DNA from: a virus
IMG/VR virus record: IMGVR_UViG_3300028840_006907
Coordinates: 32,001 to 96,000 of that record
DNA: 64,000 bases
Reading direction: 5' to 3' (one strand)
Program-made: the position numbers and the translations under genes
The notes under the pieces: model-generated
Told to the model about the DNA's origin: nothing
Databases searched by the model: none
The model's input: the letters and a program-made list of their open reading frames with translations, nothing else
Part shown: positions 1 to 9,465 of the stretch, piece after piece
How positions within the stretch are numbered: the stretch's first letter is position 1
Layout of the letters: each line of letters opens with the position of its first letter

Positions 1-240
1 TCATGGAAAGAAGGACAGGAAACTAAACAAGTACCTTCATCATTTGCGTAATAGTATCCGGTAAGAGAGGTGTCTTGTTTCTTAATATTAAAACCCTTCT
101 TTTTCGCCATAGCATCAAATTGAACTATGGGTATATTAGAAGCAATCACCTTAGCTTTATTTGTAACCAATGTATCATGATCAACTAAGACAACAGAGAT
201 ATTCATAATTAATAACCTTTCGATAAAAAACCTTTATAAT

Positions 241-570
241 CTATCGAATTAAATATAAAGATAGATTTCGTTCATCTATTTGTTTAAAACCTTGAGAGAT
301 ATACCATTTTTGAAGTTGTTCAAAGGATAAATCACTATCTAAAGGAGATGCATTTAATACTATTCCTGTATCGGGAAGGAGTGATTCAATAAATTGATTC
401 AATAATTTTCTCCCATTTTTTTGATACTTAATAGTAACTTGTATATTTTCAATCATTATCCAGGTATGGGTTTTATTCCAGAAGGGGCTGTCTTCTTCAT
501 CAAATTCATATCGGATGTCTTTAGTAACAAAATGATAAATTATATATCCTTCAAGTGTTTCAAATTGCAT
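241..570 (-). CDS. hypothetical protein (start moved to ATG at 570; track ORF 241..675)
   Basis: ORF track; internal ATG at 568-570 removes overlap with upstream gene; no secure motif. Confidence 0.4.
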   Translation of the reverse strand: MQFETLEGYIIYHFVTKDIRYEFDEEDSPFWNKTHTWIMIENIQVTIKYQKNGRKLLNQFIESLLPDTGIVLNASPLDSDLSFEQLQKWYISQGFKQIDERNLSLYLIR

Positions 571-595
571 AATTGATATACCCTCTCTTTTTTGA

Positions 596-943
596 TCAGA
601 CTTTTCTTCTGTCAATACAAGCTTCACATTGGCAATTCTTAGCAGCAATCTTATCCAGTTCACTACCAACAACATAAGAATCGATATTATAAATAAACCC
701 GTGACTTCTCACAGTTCTATCTTTCTTATTCCAAAATCCCTGTGCTTTCATTCCACTTACACTACCACTTGAATCGATATTAGCATGAGCACTATGCCCT
801 AAACCCGTAGTCCCATCTTTTATCCAGGCAATCCCGGTCTTTGGGCAACGATGTAACTCTACATAATCTCTGATATTTTTAATAAATGTATTATCCATGA
901 TCTTAATCTCCTTTATAATTAAATACAAAGCCATAGAGAGCAC
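596..943 (-). CDS. hypothetical protein
   Basis: ORF track; co-oriented block; weak peptidase-like HxxxD segment not sufficient for a call. Confidence 0.4.
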   Translation of the reverse strand: MLSMALYLIIKEIKIMDNTFIKNIRDYVELHRCPKTGIAWIKDGTTGLGHSAHANIDSSGSVSGMKAQGFWNKKDRTVRSHGFIYNIDSYVVGSELDKIAAKNCQCEACIDRRKV

Positions 944-1003
944 ATCTATGGTTCAGAGGTATCTTACTATCCCTGAACCATAGACAGGCTTAAACGGCCT
1001 TTA

Positions 1004-1318
1004 TTAACACCCCATCTGTTCCATAATACTTTTAACTTTACGCACAAACCATATAGGCAATCTTAATATTCCCCCTATACTATTGCCCTTGATATCTTCA
1101 TCTTCCTGTTTAATAGTTTTTAAATATGCTTCTGGTCGTATAAGTGTTCTACTATCCAAAGTAATTGAAGGATTGTTATTTGTATAAATAGAACTACCCG
1201 TAGTCGCTATAATAAACATGTCATCTTTAATCGGAATACCTAATTCCTCTGTAGGAATTATTGTAGTGATAATAGTCTTATCACCAACACATCGTAAGAA
1301 TACTGGATGCTGTATCAT
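1004..1318 (-). CDS. hypothetical protein
   Basis: ORF track; co-oriented tight gene block. Confidence 0.4.
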   Translation of the reverse strand: MIQHPVFLRCVGDKTIITTIIPTEELGIPIKDDMFIIATTGSSIYTNNNPSITLDSRTLIRPEAYLKTIKQEDEDIKGNSIGGILRLPIWFVRKVKSIMEQMGC

Positions 1319-1324
1319 AATTAT

Positions 1325-1561
1325 TTACTCCCATGATAAAATTGACATACCTAAACAAGTCTCAAGCTCCTCTTGAGAACTAGGTACATGATCAGGTCGA
1401 AACTTAATCCAAGTAGAAGTTTTAACTCCCCGTACATAGGGAGGATTACATTCGATGGTCACCGCAGGAACAAAAGAAACTATGCAGTTAATCAAACCAT
1501 TACTTTCAAATTCATTGTATCGGGTAAACTTAAATGTATCCATAAATATAACTTCTTCCAT
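1325..1561 (-). CDS. hypothetical protein
   Basis: ORF track; co-oriented tight gene block. Confidence 0.35.
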   Translation of the reverse strand: MEEVIFMDTFKFTRYNEFESNGLINCIVSFVPAVTIECNPPYVRGVKTSTWIKFRPDHVPSSQEELETCLGMSILSWE

Positions 1562-1689
1562 AAGTATTTCTGGTTTAATGGGTTACCATTGTCTACCGAC
1601 AAAATCCTCTTCATCTTCATCAGGATTGATCACATTATCCCATATGATCTTTTTAATTTTTACAAATAGCTGTATGATAAATTTCATAA

Positions 1690-1872
1690 TCAGTCCTCTG
1701 GCTGAAATGTTAAGATTAAATTCTCAATCTTTATTCCAAAGCTCCGTACCTTGTCCAATAAGGTCGGGAAATTATCCACTATAATAATTCTCGGTTTATC
1801 CTTAATAATCCCAAAAGCACTTATTGCCTTATCTGAATAATGAAGATTAATCTGTAATTCAATTTTATTCAT
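1690..1872 (-). CDS. small protein, paralog of 3047..3238 (shared DKPRIIIV..FP motif)
   Basis: Translated ORFs align by eye: L.N..YS.DK.SA.G.I.DKPRIIIV.FP.L...VR..GIK.E.L. Confidence 0.45.
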   Translation of the reverse strand: MNKIELQINLHYSDKAISAFGIIKDKPRIIIVDNFPTLLDKVRSFGIKIENLILTFQPED

Positions 1873-1873
1873 A

Positions 1874-2542
1874 TCAACATGCCCTCTCTGAATAAATATT
1901 ATAATTCTCAGGTAAGTTTATCGGAACCTCCTGAAACAACTCATCAATAGCCTTCTCCGCTGTAATAGTATCATAAAAGTAGATGTCCTCTACTTCCTGC
2001 TCTAAATCCTCAGCATCCATATCACTCTCCGATAAATCCTCCCTACGAGATACCCTAACTTTAAATAACTTCACTTCATATTTCGATACCAACAAATCCG
2101 GGAAATCATCAGGGTCACCCAATACAATAACAAAAACATTCTTTAAATCATATGCCTCATAATCTATCCAGATACACTCCTGATGAAGGTATCCCCGAAA
2201 CCGAATACCTTTTACAATTGCACCACACTCTATGTAAGGTGCCATCTTAACATCACTAACCTTCTCAAGACTCTCATCCATACGGGCACAACTATTTATA
2301 ATATTACCCTTGTAACCATCATTGTATCTTAATACAACCTCCATAGTACGATCAGGACTAATATCAGCATCAAAGTCAAAATGAAAATCCACCAACAAAC
2401 TTAAACGCTCATACTCAGTTCCCGATCTAAATTTAACCAACCTAATTTTATCAATCTCGGAACCAACAGGCAATGAATTTAATAAATCCTTATCACCTAT
2501 CTTATAGCCACGACTACCATCTGCACTTATATTAACTCTCAT
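1874..2542 (-). CDS. hypothetical protein
   Basis: ORF track; 222 aa; co-oriented block. Confidence 0.5.
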   Translation of the reverse strand: MRVNISADGSRGYKIGDKDLLNSLPVGSEIDKIRLVKFRSGTEYERLSLLVDFHFDFDADISPDRTMEVVLRYNDGYKGNIINSCARMDESLEKVSDVKMAPYIECGAIVKGIRFRGYLHQECIWIDYEAYDLKNVFVIVLGDPDDFPDLLVSKYEVKLFKVRVSRREDLSESDMDAEDLEQEVEDIYFYDTITAEKAIDELFQEVPINLPENYNIYSERAC

Positions 2543-2544
2543 AA

Positions 2545-2886
2545 TTACATTTCCTCCTCTATATATCTCCTTGCTTCATCTTCACTCTTAAAATAAAAAG
2601 TCGTTATATCCTTCAATTTTTTAATACGCCACTTCTTATCCTTATGATGAAATATCCTACCCTCTGAATCAACGATATAATAATAAGTCGAAGCAGCTCT
2701 ACCAAATCCATCAGGTAAATATTGATTACTAACTATCCAATAATCACCTACTCTCGGATACTTATCCAAATAGCCCAACCTCTCATAACAACTTTCACAT
2801 AATAACTCTTCAGAAGTAGCATCCTCCGGGACATCCGGGATACTAATCCCACAAACAATACATTTTATCTGATTTTCATATGCCAT
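2545..2886 (-). CDS. hypothetical zinc-ribbon protein (CxxC...CxxC)
   Basis: ORF track gives TTG start at 2901; first ATG at 2884-2886; N-terminal CIVCG ... CESC. Confidence 0.45.
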   Translation of the reverse strand: MAYENQIKCIVCGISIPDVPEDATSEELLCESCYERLGYLDKYPRVGDYWIVSNQYLPDGFGRAASTYYYIVDSEGRIFHHKDKKWRIKKLKDITTFYFKSEDEARRYIEEEM

Positions 2887-2888
2887 AA

Positions 2889-3044
2889 TTATTTCTTCCA
2901 ATCTTTTTCATAAAATTCACAGACTACATAATCAGCTTTTTTTTCTTTAAAATAAGAACAATAAATACAACCTTTTCCAACTTCAACTTCTTTGTCTTTA
3001 TAGAAAGGACATATTTTTACATTTTTATAATATATCTTCAACAT
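2889..3044 (-). CDS. small Cys-rich protein (51 aa), below ORF-track cutoff
   Basis: Hand-translated ORF MLKIYYKNVKICPFYKDKEVEVGKGCIYCSY...; fills gap between neighbours. Confidence 0.25.
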   Translation of the reverse strand: MLKIYYKNVKICPFYKDKEVEVGKGCIYCSYFKEKKADYVVCEFYEKDWKK

Positions 3045-3046
3045 GA

Positions 3047-3238
3047 TTATTTACTCCTTGTTAAATCCTCAAGCTTTATCCCCAATCCACGTACCTGTTT
3101 AAATAACTCCGGGAAATCTCTCACTATTATAATCCTCGGCTTATCCTCAATCAGCCCATAAGCACTTAGCTTATCTGAACTATATCCTAAATTAACCTGT
3201 AACGATACTTTATCCATATTCTTACCTCCATATAACAT
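3047..3238 (-). CDS. small protein, paralog of 1690..1872
   Basis: Shared DKPRIIIV motif with 1690..1872. Confidence 0.45.
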   Translation of the reverse strand: MLYGGKNMDKVSLQVNLGYSSDKLSAYGLIEDKPRIIIVRDFPELFKQVRGLGIKLEDLTRSK

Positions 3239-3740
3239 TATATATACCCAATTACCTTTTTTATCCAGTAATATAACATTTTAATACTATCAAATACCAA
3301 CGTCCTATATGGTGCGTCCGTATTAATCTCTATTAAATCAGTCGTCCTATATCTTTAAACTATGGTCTATATAGTAATAAACACGATCTATAAATCAAAT
3401 AACAATTTTAAGGTAATCCTCTTACTCATCAATATCCATATCTTTATAATAAAAAACCCACACATAGCACCTATAAAAATGTGGAACCCTTTAAGGCATT
3501 TCTTAAGTAACTATGTATGGGCACTGAAAGGGATTTATACAAATCCCATTATTATCTTAATATATTAACTTACTATATGTCTATACCTATAAACATATCC
3601 CCCTATATATTACTAATTAGTAATATGAATGTAATTATCCCTATCCCCTATATCTAATAACCTATAAACTATCCATTAAGTATATCTGTATCCTATCCAT
3701 ATAATAACTCTGTAAGAGAAAATTAATATGTATCAGTATG

Positions 3741-3888
3741 CCCATTACCTTGAATAGAATAATGAGTAAGTCAGTACCAGGAACTATACCATCATGAACT
3801 ATGAACTCGGAACTATGTCAGGGAAAACTTGAGTACTTACCCATTACCTTGAATAGAATAATGGGTAAGTCAATACCAGGAACTATGT
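3741..3888. repeat. direct repeat of about 48 bp (two copies, 99 bp apart) containing CCCATTA..TAATGGG hairpin and GAACTAT iterons
   Basis: cccattaccttgaatagaataatg(a/g)gtaagtca(g/a)taccaggaactat seen at 3741 and 3840. Confidence 0.7.
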
Positions 3889-4260
3889 CGGGAATTTCCA
3901 ACGAGTATTTTGAAAAAATTTATTCTCCCTGCAAAACCCGGAACCGATTTCCTAGTTCCTACAATCATATATTAATAATCTTTTGTTATCTGTATAAGTA
4001 AATTTACACAGGGTAATTGACTGATCAAAGTAAGTTAATGTCTTCCCAAACCGAGTCTTTGACTTGGGGAAATTGGTTGTTGACTGTAGAGAAGAATAAT
4101 TTCACTTGCTCATTTGGGTATTTGACTTGGGGAAACTGGTTCCCGACTATCAAAAGTGGGGTTAAAAACGAGGGGGGTTACCCCTAAATTTGATATTTCC
4201 AGACTGGGAACTCAGACAGGGGCGATTCCAGACTGTTTCTGGCCAGACTGGGGGAAAGAC

Positions 4261-4512
4261 CTAAGACGGTCTTAGTCCACTCATCCAAGACCATTGCCAT
4301 TTATCTGATCCGTAGCTCCAGACCTGGAATGACTTGGATAGAATTTTATATGTTACTGCCAGACAGAAAATGATCTTTGAGTCTCCACGTCCCAGGATTT
4401 CCTGGACACCGTGTAATCCACGGAACTCTAGGCTATCGGCTGATTTAATTTCGTTCTGAACTTCTATGGGAAGTTCATTCATGTTTATTTGATCTATACT
4501 TGTGATATGCAT
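4261..4512 (-). CDS. hypothetical protein
   Basis: ORF track; co-oriented. Confidence 0.35.
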   Translation of the reverse strand: MHITSIDQINMNELPIEVQNEIKSADSLEFRGLHGVQEILGRGDSKIIFCLAVTYKILSKSFQVWSYGSDKWQWSWMSGLRPS

Positions 4513-4703
4513 TAGTCTCTCAATGCCTCACAGGTAAGGGTAGCGGGAACTACTTCAAACTGAGTTCCAGGTTCAGTACCTTGTGTGAGTTCTACTGTAC
4601 GTATGCTGGCTATATTAAAGTCAGTATAGAACTCTGTGTTATCATCCCATGCGAATTTTTTATCTTTATTTATTATGATCCATCCTTGTAATTTCATAAT
4701 CAC
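4512..4703 (-). CDS. hypothetical protein
   Basis: ORF track; co-oriented. Confidence 0.35.
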   Translation of the reverse strand: MIMKLQGWIIINKDKKFAWDDNTEFYTDFNIASIRTVELTQGTEPGTQFEVVPATLTCEALRD

Positions 4704-4929
4704 CTCTCATTGTACGTTTAAATAGGTTTTCAGGCCATATCCAGACTGAAGAGGTATTCAGCTACCTCTCAGTTCCAGACAGGCTTAAAACAGGTTTATT
4801 CTTCTTCATCTTCGTGGTGTATGATTTCACCAGAAGTATATCCTTCTTTAATAAGTTCTGCTATGTGTTCTCTATCAAGATCGTTGAGTTCATCAACTCC
4901 AGAGAAGGTTAAATTCCACCATCCAGTCA

Positions 4930-5190
4930 TTAGTTTAACTCCTTGATACGTTTGTTAACGGTTATTACTGCTTGTTTATATGAACAGTTTGATTTATTCA
5001 TTTCCTGAGCATACCAGATAAGTCTGATAAAAGATACACAGGCGACTGCTCTGGCATGTTCACGTTCTTTCTTGGTTAATTCACCGGGATTGAAATGAAC
5101 TCCGGCAATAGTCGGGGTTGATAAGCTTCCAGGTGCACCAAATTGCTCAATCCCATACAATTGGTTATTGATTCTTTTGATTTCTGGCAT
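4930..5190 (-). CDS. hypothetical protein
   Basis: ORF track; co-oriented. Confidence 0.4.
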   Translation of the reverse strand: MPEIKRINNQLYGIEQFGAPGSLSTPTIAGVHFNPGELTKKEREHARAVACVSFIRLIWYAQEMNKSNCSYKQAVITVNKRIKELN

Positions 5191-5314
5191 AATTCTCTCC
5201 TTGATTGGGGGACACTGATTTAAGTTTTACCAGACAAGTCGATTCTGACTATTTTAGACTGAAATCCAGGCTGAATTTCCAGACTGATTTGGGGAACGGG
5301 ATTTCCAGACTGAA

Positions 5315-5482
5315 CTAGTCCGAATCTTCTAGGTTTGCAGATACTTCTCCATCGATTTCTTCAACATCGAAAGGATATTCAACAGAGATTTCGTCCTCAA
5401 GAGTTTCAATAGTACAGTTATCGGGTAAAGGATCTTGTACTTTAATTCTTCTATGAATAGTAATATTATAATAACGAGCCAT
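5315..5482 (-). CDS. hypothetical acidic protein (start moved to ATG 5482 with GGAGG SD)
   Basis: ATG at 5480-5482 preceded by GGAGG; track ORF 5315..5512 overlaps neighbour. Confidence 0.35.
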   Translation of the reverse strand: MARYYNITIHRRIKVQDPLPDNCTIETLEDEISVEYPFDVEEIDGEVSANLEDSD

Positions 5483-5496
5483 TGCTACCTCCAGGT

Positions 5497-5691
5497 TTAG
5501 GTTTGTTTCCAACCAAAGTTATATTTGCTACTCCAATTTTTATAAAGCAGTTTAATATTTAAGTGAGTATTTCGTTTGATAAATGTTTTTGCCTGTTTCA
5601 ATGCAGAGTTAAATGGTCGGTCTACAAAGAAAACTTTGGTTAATTTATTCTTGGAATCAGTATACTCAATTTTGTATTTCTGTTTATTCAT
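5497..5691 (-). CDS. hypothetical protein
   Basis: ORF track. Confidence 0.3.
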   Translation of the reverse strand: MNKQKYKIEYTDSKNKLTKVFFVDRPFNSALKQAKTFIKRNTHLNIKLLYKNWSSKYNFGWKQT

Positions 5692-6011
5692 TTTCTGATA
5701 TTATGTTGTTCTTTTTGATGAGTCACCCAGCTATCATAACCCAGACGGGTCTCCTCATTAGAGACAGCGAGTCTCCATTCTTTCATAGGAAAGTCGGGAT
5801 CTTCAGTTTCGAGTTTAGGATTTTGTTTGATGTAATCTGCTATGGATAATTCTTTTTCCAGTACACCTTCACACCCATCATTGGTAAGATTGACTTCGAC
5901 TATTTTATAACCATCTTCGTTTAATTGTTTATGTTTTATCATGATCTCTTTTAAGGATGAAGATGTGAAAGTAACTCTTTTAATGATTAAATCTTGGTTT
6001 TGGATCTTCAT
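5688..6011 (-). CDS. hypothetical protein
   Basis: ORF track. Confidence 0.4.
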   Translation of the reverse strand: MKIQNQDLIIKRVTFTSSSLKEIMIKHKQLNEDGYKIVEVNLTNDGCEGVLEKELSIADYIKQNPKLETEDPDFPMKEWRLAVSNEETRLGYDSWVTHQKEQHNIRK

Positions 6012-6017
6012 AAATTT

Positions 6018-6239
6018 TTACTCCTGGTTATTCTGTACGAGGAATGGGTGAAAACATCCATCTATGTATTGAAGTTTATACTCATCAGTTCCTTCTCTGA
6101 ATACAGTAGGTAAAGTTTCACCTTTATTATTCACATAAGCATTCCCTGTATAGTAATGATGCTTCTTATCAAATGTGAGACCGTATTTCTTACCTATGGC
6201 GGTCAGAGTCCTACGGGCTTTAACAATTTTATTATTCAT
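6018..6239 (-). CDS. hypothetical protein
   Basis: ORF track. Confidence 0.4.
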   Translation of the reverse strand: MNNKIVKARRTLTAIGKKYGLTFDKKHHYYTGNAYVNNKGETLPTVFREGTDEYKLQYIDGCFHPFLVQNNQE

Positions 6240-6525
6240 TTTCCTTTTTCTCCTTTAAGCTCTTTAATAATAATTCAGCTCTTACACTTTCTTTTAGGAT
6301 CTCTCCATAGTGTTCATGGCCTTCCGGGAATATGAAGTATTGGATAGCTTCTTTCTTGATTGGGCAATCGGCTTCGCCATCTTTTGTGGCTGAATAGAAG
6401 TGGGGATATTGACTATATCCGTTATCCCATTGCAGGGCATAGTATCGGTTAGTCTTTTTTGATTTATATATGTTCTTAAGGAATCCGGTATGACTATATA
6501 CAAATCTTAATTCTTGATAATCCAT
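6232..6525 (-). CDS. hypothetical protein; preceded by conserved upstream element
   Basis: ORF track; start codon directly follows repeated element at 6536-6557. Confidence 0.4.
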   Translation of the reverse strand: MDYQELRFVYSHTGFLKNIYKSKKTNRYYALQWDNGYSQYPHFYSATKDGEADCPIKKEAIQYFIFPEGHEHYGEILKESVRAELLLKSLKEKKENE

Positions 6526-6535
6526 ATTGGTTAAT

Positions 6536-6557
6536 CCTTTTTAAGAGATGTCAGATT
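6536..6557 (-). promoter_or_regulatory. conserved upstream element copy 1 (minus-strand reading AATCTGACATCTCTTAAAAAGG)
   Basis: Identical 22-mer at 6536, 6845 and 7252, each ending a few nt before a minus-strand start codon. Confidence 0.5.
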
Positions 6558-6579
6558 ATAACTTTTAGTTTCTTTTGAT

Positions 6580-6837
6580 TTATATGTTCTTAAGGATATC
6601 AATTAAGTCAGTTAATTCACATTCACAATAAATTGAATAATGTAGACCTTCTGCATCCAAAAAAGTTAATTTGGAATTAATTATTACTAGTTCCTCATAA
6701 TCAAATACATTTACTTTGATAGCGTTACTATCGATATGTTTTGATTTGGTCTTACTTTTATTGATCTCAGTTTTTAATGCTTCTTTAATTTCTTTTTCTA
6801 AATTATTGTATCGATTAAGTAAGTTTTGATATTTCAT
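6580..6837 (-). CDS. hypothetical protein; preceded by conserved upstream element
   Basis: ORF track. Confidence 0.4.
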   Translation of the reverse strand: MKYQNLLNRYNNLEKEIKEALKTEINKSKTKSKHIDSNAIKVNVFDYEELVIINSKLTFLDAEGLHYSIYCECELTDLIDILKNI

Positions 6838-6844
6838 AATATTT

Positions 6845-6866
6845 CCTTTTTAAGAGATGTCAGATT
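6845..6866 (-). promoter_or_regulatory. conserved upstream element copy 2
   Basis: Same 22-mer as 6536..6557. Confidence 0.5.
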
Positions 6867-6871
6867 GTCAT

Positions 6872-7243
6872 TTAATACTGGTTAGTTGTGATAGAGAAAG
6901 AATTATAACAACTACCAAAGACATTTTCGAATCCAGAATGACTAACTAGGTCACTGATTTTAACAGGGAGAGGTAACTTGTTAAATTCATTCTCTGTTAA
7001 TCCCAGGAAACTAAGTAGGTCATTTTTAGAGACCCAATCATATTCTTCCCAAAAATCTATATCAGCATTTACAGTGGCCCAATCAAATACACAATCGTTT
7101 GCTTTTTCTGCAACATTAACTTTATAGTAGAATCGATATTCATTTTCTTTCTTTATAAACTTCCATGCCAGACCGTATTCATAGAGAGATGTACCAAGAT
7201 CTGTATCTGTTCCTTCATATCCTTTGAGTTCTGATAAGTACAT
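6872..7243 (-). CDS. hypothetical protein; preceded by conserved upstream element
   Basis: ORF track. Confidence 0.4.
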   Translation of the reverse strand: MYLSELKGYEGTDTDLGTSLYEYGLAWKFIKKENEYRFYYKVNVAEKANDCVFDWATVNADIDFWEEYDWVSKNDLLSFLGLTENEFNKLPLPVKISDLVSHSGFENVFGSCYNSFSITTNQY

Positions 7244-7246
7244 AGT

Positions 7247-7498
7247 TTAATCCTTTTTAAGAGATGTCAGATTACAACTTTTAGTTTGTTTAAATTTAAT
7301 GATGAATTGATCAGGGTTATCGAGTCTTACTAGGACAGTACTGGATTCATATTCATATATGATAGCTCCAGACTGTCGTAGGTCGTTCAGTATTTCTGTC
7401 TCTGGGATATTAGTATCTTTAAAGTGATAGATACTATCATTCATACCGGTAGCTCTGGGGAATTTATTATTAGGGTTTTTTGTATATTTTACTGACAT
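7247..7498 (-). CDS. hypothetical protein
   Basis: ORF track. Confidence 0.4.
   Translation of the reverse strand: MSVKYTKNPNNKFPRATGMNDSIYHFKDTNIPETEILNDLRQSGAIIYEYESSTVLVRLDNPDQFIIKFKQTKSCNLTSLKKD
7252..7273 (-). promoter_or_regulatory. conserved upstream element copy 3
   Basis: Same 22-mer as 6536..6557. Confidence 0.5.
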
Positions 7499-7718
7499 TT
7501 TTTGTTAATCCTTTCTATTGGTTGTTATTTCATGTATACATAGAATTATGGCGGTAATAAAGCATATTCCCATAATTGGACCGATTGTCCATGACCATGA
7601 GAATGTTCCTATAGAACCTGCCATAATAGCCAGGATCATAATTATGCCTAGTGCGGTAGATATTTTTTCTTTCATGATGGGTATATCCTTTTTTATGAGT
7701 TACAAGATCTACTACAGT

Positions 7719-8375
7719 TTATTCCTCTTCTTTTTGTTTGAGTGAACAGAATTCACTTGCAGAAATAAGTTCTGTTACTGCATTGTATATTTCTAGGTCG
7801 TCATCACTTGGAACAAGTTCCTTTTCATACTCCAGAATAAATTCTAGGATACTTCCCATTTTATGTTCAATGTTTTCTATGTCTGGTAATCTTTTGATAT
7901 CTTCTAACCAGACATCTACATCATTACTATAGGATGAGATGAAACCGTCACAGCTAGTATAGATAGCTTTTAAGAAAGTAGAATAAGATTTAAGGACTTC
8001 TTTATTCTCAAAGAATTTTTTGATAGCTTCAAGATCAATTTCTACTTCAATATTTATCGAGTCGTTTTCATAGTTATACTGTTTAGGGGATGATACATTT
8101 TGTAGATTTATTTTAACAACATATGGTTTTAATTTCTTTTCTACAAATTCAACAAAGATTTTAGCGAGGGCTTTTTCATATCCTTCGTTATCGATTTCAA
8201 GATCATCATATTCGATTTCTTCATCCAGACTGTATCCTTTTTCTTTTCTTTCTTCATGATGCCAATCGTCATTTTCATTATAACCTTCTAATACTTTATC
8301 TGTATCCAGATCATACAGGGTATTATAGAACCCTGGAAAGAGAGGACACCAAGTTTCGATTTTAGTTGTTCTCAT
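7719..8375 (-). CDS. hypothetical acidic protein
   Basis: ORF track; 218 aa. Confidence 0.45.
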   Translation of the reverse strand: MRTTKIETWCPLFPGFYNTLYDLDTDKVLEGYNENDDWHHEERKEKGYSLDEEIEYDDLEIDNEGYEKALAKIFVEFVEKKLKPYVVKINLQNVSSPKQYNYENDSINIEVEIDLEAIKKFFENKEVLKSYSTFLKAIYTSCDGFISSYSNDVDVWLEDIKRLPDIENIEHKMGSILEFILEYEKELVPSDDDLEIYNAVTELISASEFCSLKQKEEE

Positions 8376-8677
8376 GATAATCCTCCAGACACTATAATTT
8401 CTCTTCTCTTTTCGAGATGGTGATATCTATGTCTTTTTATAATGGTTAGATCATAACCAATGCTTTCTAGTTCTTCTTTAAGATCTTTATATTCTTCGGG
8501 AGTAGCTAATCTACTTTCCTGAATGATCCCGTAAGGGTTACAGGCTCCGTGTTGGCCTATATGTTCATAAGACGAACAGGTCATAGGATTAGTATTTCCG
8601 GGTTCTTCGGGGAAGATAGCTATTACTTCGTTTGATATTTTCCAGAAACGGAAGATCACTTTAGTTTTGTTATTCAT
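8372..8677 (-). CDS. hypothetical protein
   Basis: ORF track. Confidence 0.4.
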   Translation of the reverse strand: MNNKTKVIFRFWKISNEVIAIFPEEPGNTNPMTCSSYEHIGQHGACNPYGIIQESRLATPEEYKDLKEELESIGYDLTIIKRHRYHHLEKRREIIVSGGLS

Positions 8678-8679
8678 AG

Positions 8680-8967
8680 TTAAGTCTCCTGTAGAGCGAT
8701 TTGAAATCTATTGGTATACTTCTGTATCTCTTTAGCGTATCTCTCATCACTCATAGTTTGGTTGTCGATTATTCTAATTTCTAGTACTTCTGAATCTTTA
8801 GTAAAAGTATTTATCATGGTAGTCTTGGTAATAGGGTAATATCCTTTCCAGTGTTTCACTATAAAGACTAAAGCCTCTTCTTTTATTACCCACTGTCTAC
8901 CGTACAATAAATCATGCTTTTTCATATCTTGGAGTATGTTTTCGAGTTTTATCCATGTTAATTTCAT
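8680..8967 (-). CDS. hypothetical protein
   Basis: ORF track. Confidence 0.4.
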   Translation of the reverse strand: MKLTWIKLENILQDMKKHDLLYGRQWVIKEEALVFIVKHWKGYYPITKTTMINTFTKDSEVLEIRIIDNQTMSDERYAKEIQKYTNRFQIALQET

Positions 8968-8968
8968 A

Positions 8969-9331
8969 TTATTTCACACACTTGTAACAGTGATTCATAA
9001 TAGTTGTGATGTTTGTATTAAAGAGTTTAACAAAGAAGTCTTTCTTATCATTATTAATAAGATATTCATAGACCGTATTAACTACATTGGCACTAAAGAG
9101 ATCCAGTAATACACCATCTACTAAAAGGCATTGTTTCTTTTTCAGTACCCATTTAATAGCGAGGATCTTTTTGATTTTACTACCATTAGTTTTACAGGTA
9201 TAATCTTTTACTGTATCGAGTATTTCTAATTTATCCTCACATGTACCATCATACCACCAATCCTTTATGATTTCAATTTCGTATTCTTTTAATTCGTTTT
9301 CGTTCATTGGATTTACTAATGTTGATGCCAT
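8969..9331 (-). CDS. hypothetical protein
   Basis: ORF track. Confidence 0.4.
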   Translation of the reverse strand: MASTLVNPMNENELKEYEIEIIKDWWYDGTCEDKLEILDTVKDYTCKTNGSKIKKILAIKWVLKKKQCLLVDGVLLDLFSANVVNTVYEYLINNDKKDFFVKLFNTNITTIMNHCYKCVK

Positions 9332-9427
9332 TATATGTTCTCCTTGTTATAATTACCTGGAACAGGTAGAGTTAAAAATATATATTACGTATTAGAAGTG
9401 CTTGAGTCGCGCTTTAAGGCATGGAGT

Positions 9428-9456
9428 AAGCCCGACCTTTACGGACAGTCGGGCTT
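9428..9456 (-). terminator. intergenic 9-bp-stem hairpin (AAGCCCGAC / GTCGGGCTT), terminator- or processing-site-like
   Basis: GC-rich inverted repeat directly downstream of minus-strand gene 9466..10086; no clear U-tract. Confidence 0.3.
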
Positions 9457-9465
9457 CTCTATGCA

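Noticed and set aside
596-943. M23 or M15 peptidase (endolysin) call
   Set aside because: An HxxxD-like segment is present but the second metal-binding motif is not in the expected order
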